A DNA stretch of 64,000 nt from Balamuthia mandrillaris (Eukaryota), in assembly GCA_031835245.2 (NCBI GenBank), contig JAVKOQ020000023.1:248001-312000 (forward strand). The letters run 5' to 3'. The stretch's first letter is position 1. Every line of letters starts with the position of its first letter. A program made the position numbers and the translations under genes. Shown here piece after piece: positions 62,641-64,000 of this stretch. The notes under the pieces were generated by a model. The model worked only from the letters and a program-made list of their open reading frames with translations, had not been told where the DNA came from and ran no database searches.

Positions 62641-63785
62641 TTAGGAGCTTTTGTTGGCATCACTATCCGCTTGCTCCTCTGCATCTTCTTCTTTGGAGGA
62701 AGATGTTGCGGAAGCAGGATAGGAATGAAGAACTTTGGCTCGAATGTCACCATCGAAGAAGAAATCGGGCTTGATGTAGTAGTTTTGTCCTTTGACGCTG
62801 TAGTTGGGCCACGGCAAGAACGAAGGAACGGCCCCGCCGATATCCTTGATGTCGACGATCGTCTCCTTCTTGCGCCCCGTTAGGCTCACCGTTGAGAGTT
62901 TGACCTGGTCGAACTTGAGCTTGTTCTCTTCTTTCTCTGCTTCTTCTTCGTTGTTTACTTCATGTTGTTTGTTTGTTTGTTGTTATATTAGCAAAAAAGA
63001 AACAATGGAGGAAAAAGAAAAAGGAAAAAAGAAAAAGAAAAGAAACGAACCAAGAGGAAGGGAATGGATATGGGTGACGTAGTTGCGCGATATGACACTG
63101 AGCATTCCAGTGCTTCCCAAGCTGAACAAAAGCACTGCAATCGAAAGAATCACCACCATTAAAAGATCAGGGAGAGTAGTGCAGAGAGAGAGAGAGAGAG
63201 AGGAGAGTATTTTATGTAAAGCAAACCAGTGAAGCTAACGGCGATGCGTCCGGCCATGGGCACGTCGGCGTCGGAGAAGAAAAGGAAGACGGGAGTGGAG
63301 GACACCGCAATCAGGCAGCTGGAGATGGACAAGGTCTTCACCGCCCTCAACGCCGTCCCCCACGGCGAAGCAAATACCAGCCGTGGCTGCACTTCTTCCT
63401 TCTTCTGTGGAGAAGAAGAAGCAGCAGAAGAGACATTTGCTGGCTGCTCCTCCGCTTCCTCTTTTGCTTCCTCCGATTTTTTGGACCAGAAAGAACGTTT
63501 CACGAGGAACATAGGAACACAGGAAGCCGCTTCCGCGTTGGCACGAAGAAGAAAGCGACCATTATTTCTGGTGAACGAAGACCCTCTCCTAGCGGCGGAA
63601 GCGGAAGAAGGAACAAGAGAGGAGTGATGGCGAAGCGAAGGAAGCGAAAATGGGGAAAAAGGTCGCTTGGCTTTGGAACTCTTCACATGATGAAAAAGGA
63701 GGGGAGACCTCTCGCCTAGGGAGAGGGTGCGCCCCATGAACAACCGACTACCACCGCCCCCGCCGCTGACAAAGTTTGTCGCCAT
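62641..63785 (-). CDS. TMEM70: TMEM70-like mitochondrial ATP synthase assembly factor, multi-exon
   Basis: Arg/Ser-rich transit peptide; LVFASPWGTALRAVKTLSISS, two hydrophobic helices, STGMLSVISRNYVTHI, then DIKDI...YSVKGQNYYI. Confidence 0.7.
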
Positions 63786-64000
63786 CTTCGGCTTCTTTTT
63801 TTTTTTGCTTTTGTTCGGTTTTTTGTCGACTTTCTTTGAAAGAAAAACGTTGATGCTGGTGGTTGAACGCGCGGAAGCATATTATCCACATTTTCAACTC
63901 ATAGGTTGGTCGATAGGTGGTACAATATTAAAAAAAATGAATTCATGAACAAAAAAAAAAAAGGAGCTTAGGTGAACCAAACTCAACTTCTGCGAAGGGC

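Overview
Gene-dense, intron-rich eukaryotic DNA, not prokaryotic. Short GT-AG introns full of (CT)n/(CTT)n microsatellites and the gene content suggest a free-living amoeba (Balamuthia/Acanthamoeba-like); the organism is my inference. About 28 protein genes can be supported. Recognisable housekeeping genes are GCN1 (running off the left edge), NAA10, REV1, an SLC35B2-like transporter, NHP2, a calmodulin paralogue, UBFD1, UDP-glucose pyrophosphorylase, LYRM9, a Rab and TMEM70. Family-level calls are an MFS transporter, a GYF protein, two LRR proteins with LRRC58-like tails, phospholipase D, an alpha/beta hydrolase, a SELENOF-like protein, a homeobox protein, a ureidoglycolate lyase-like protein, a thaumatin-like protein, a CaMK, a tandem Cache-domain secreted protein, a UBA-BTB-SPRY protein and a secreted pentapeptide-repeat protein. 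Most notable: (1) an unexplained, densely base-paired ~430-470 nt candidate ncRNA between calmodulin and UBFD1; (2) a 1.38 kb DDE transposon with ~75 bp TIRs and a short TSD just after REV1; (3) an inverted duplication of the NHP2/Mug135-like divergent gene pair with reciprocal gene loss; (4) a SELENOF homologue whose CxU redox motif reads SxS; (5) a soluble tandem Cache protein; (6) a recurrent GTCGAC promoter motif. Multi-exon gene spans were assembled by eye, so some termini are approximate.
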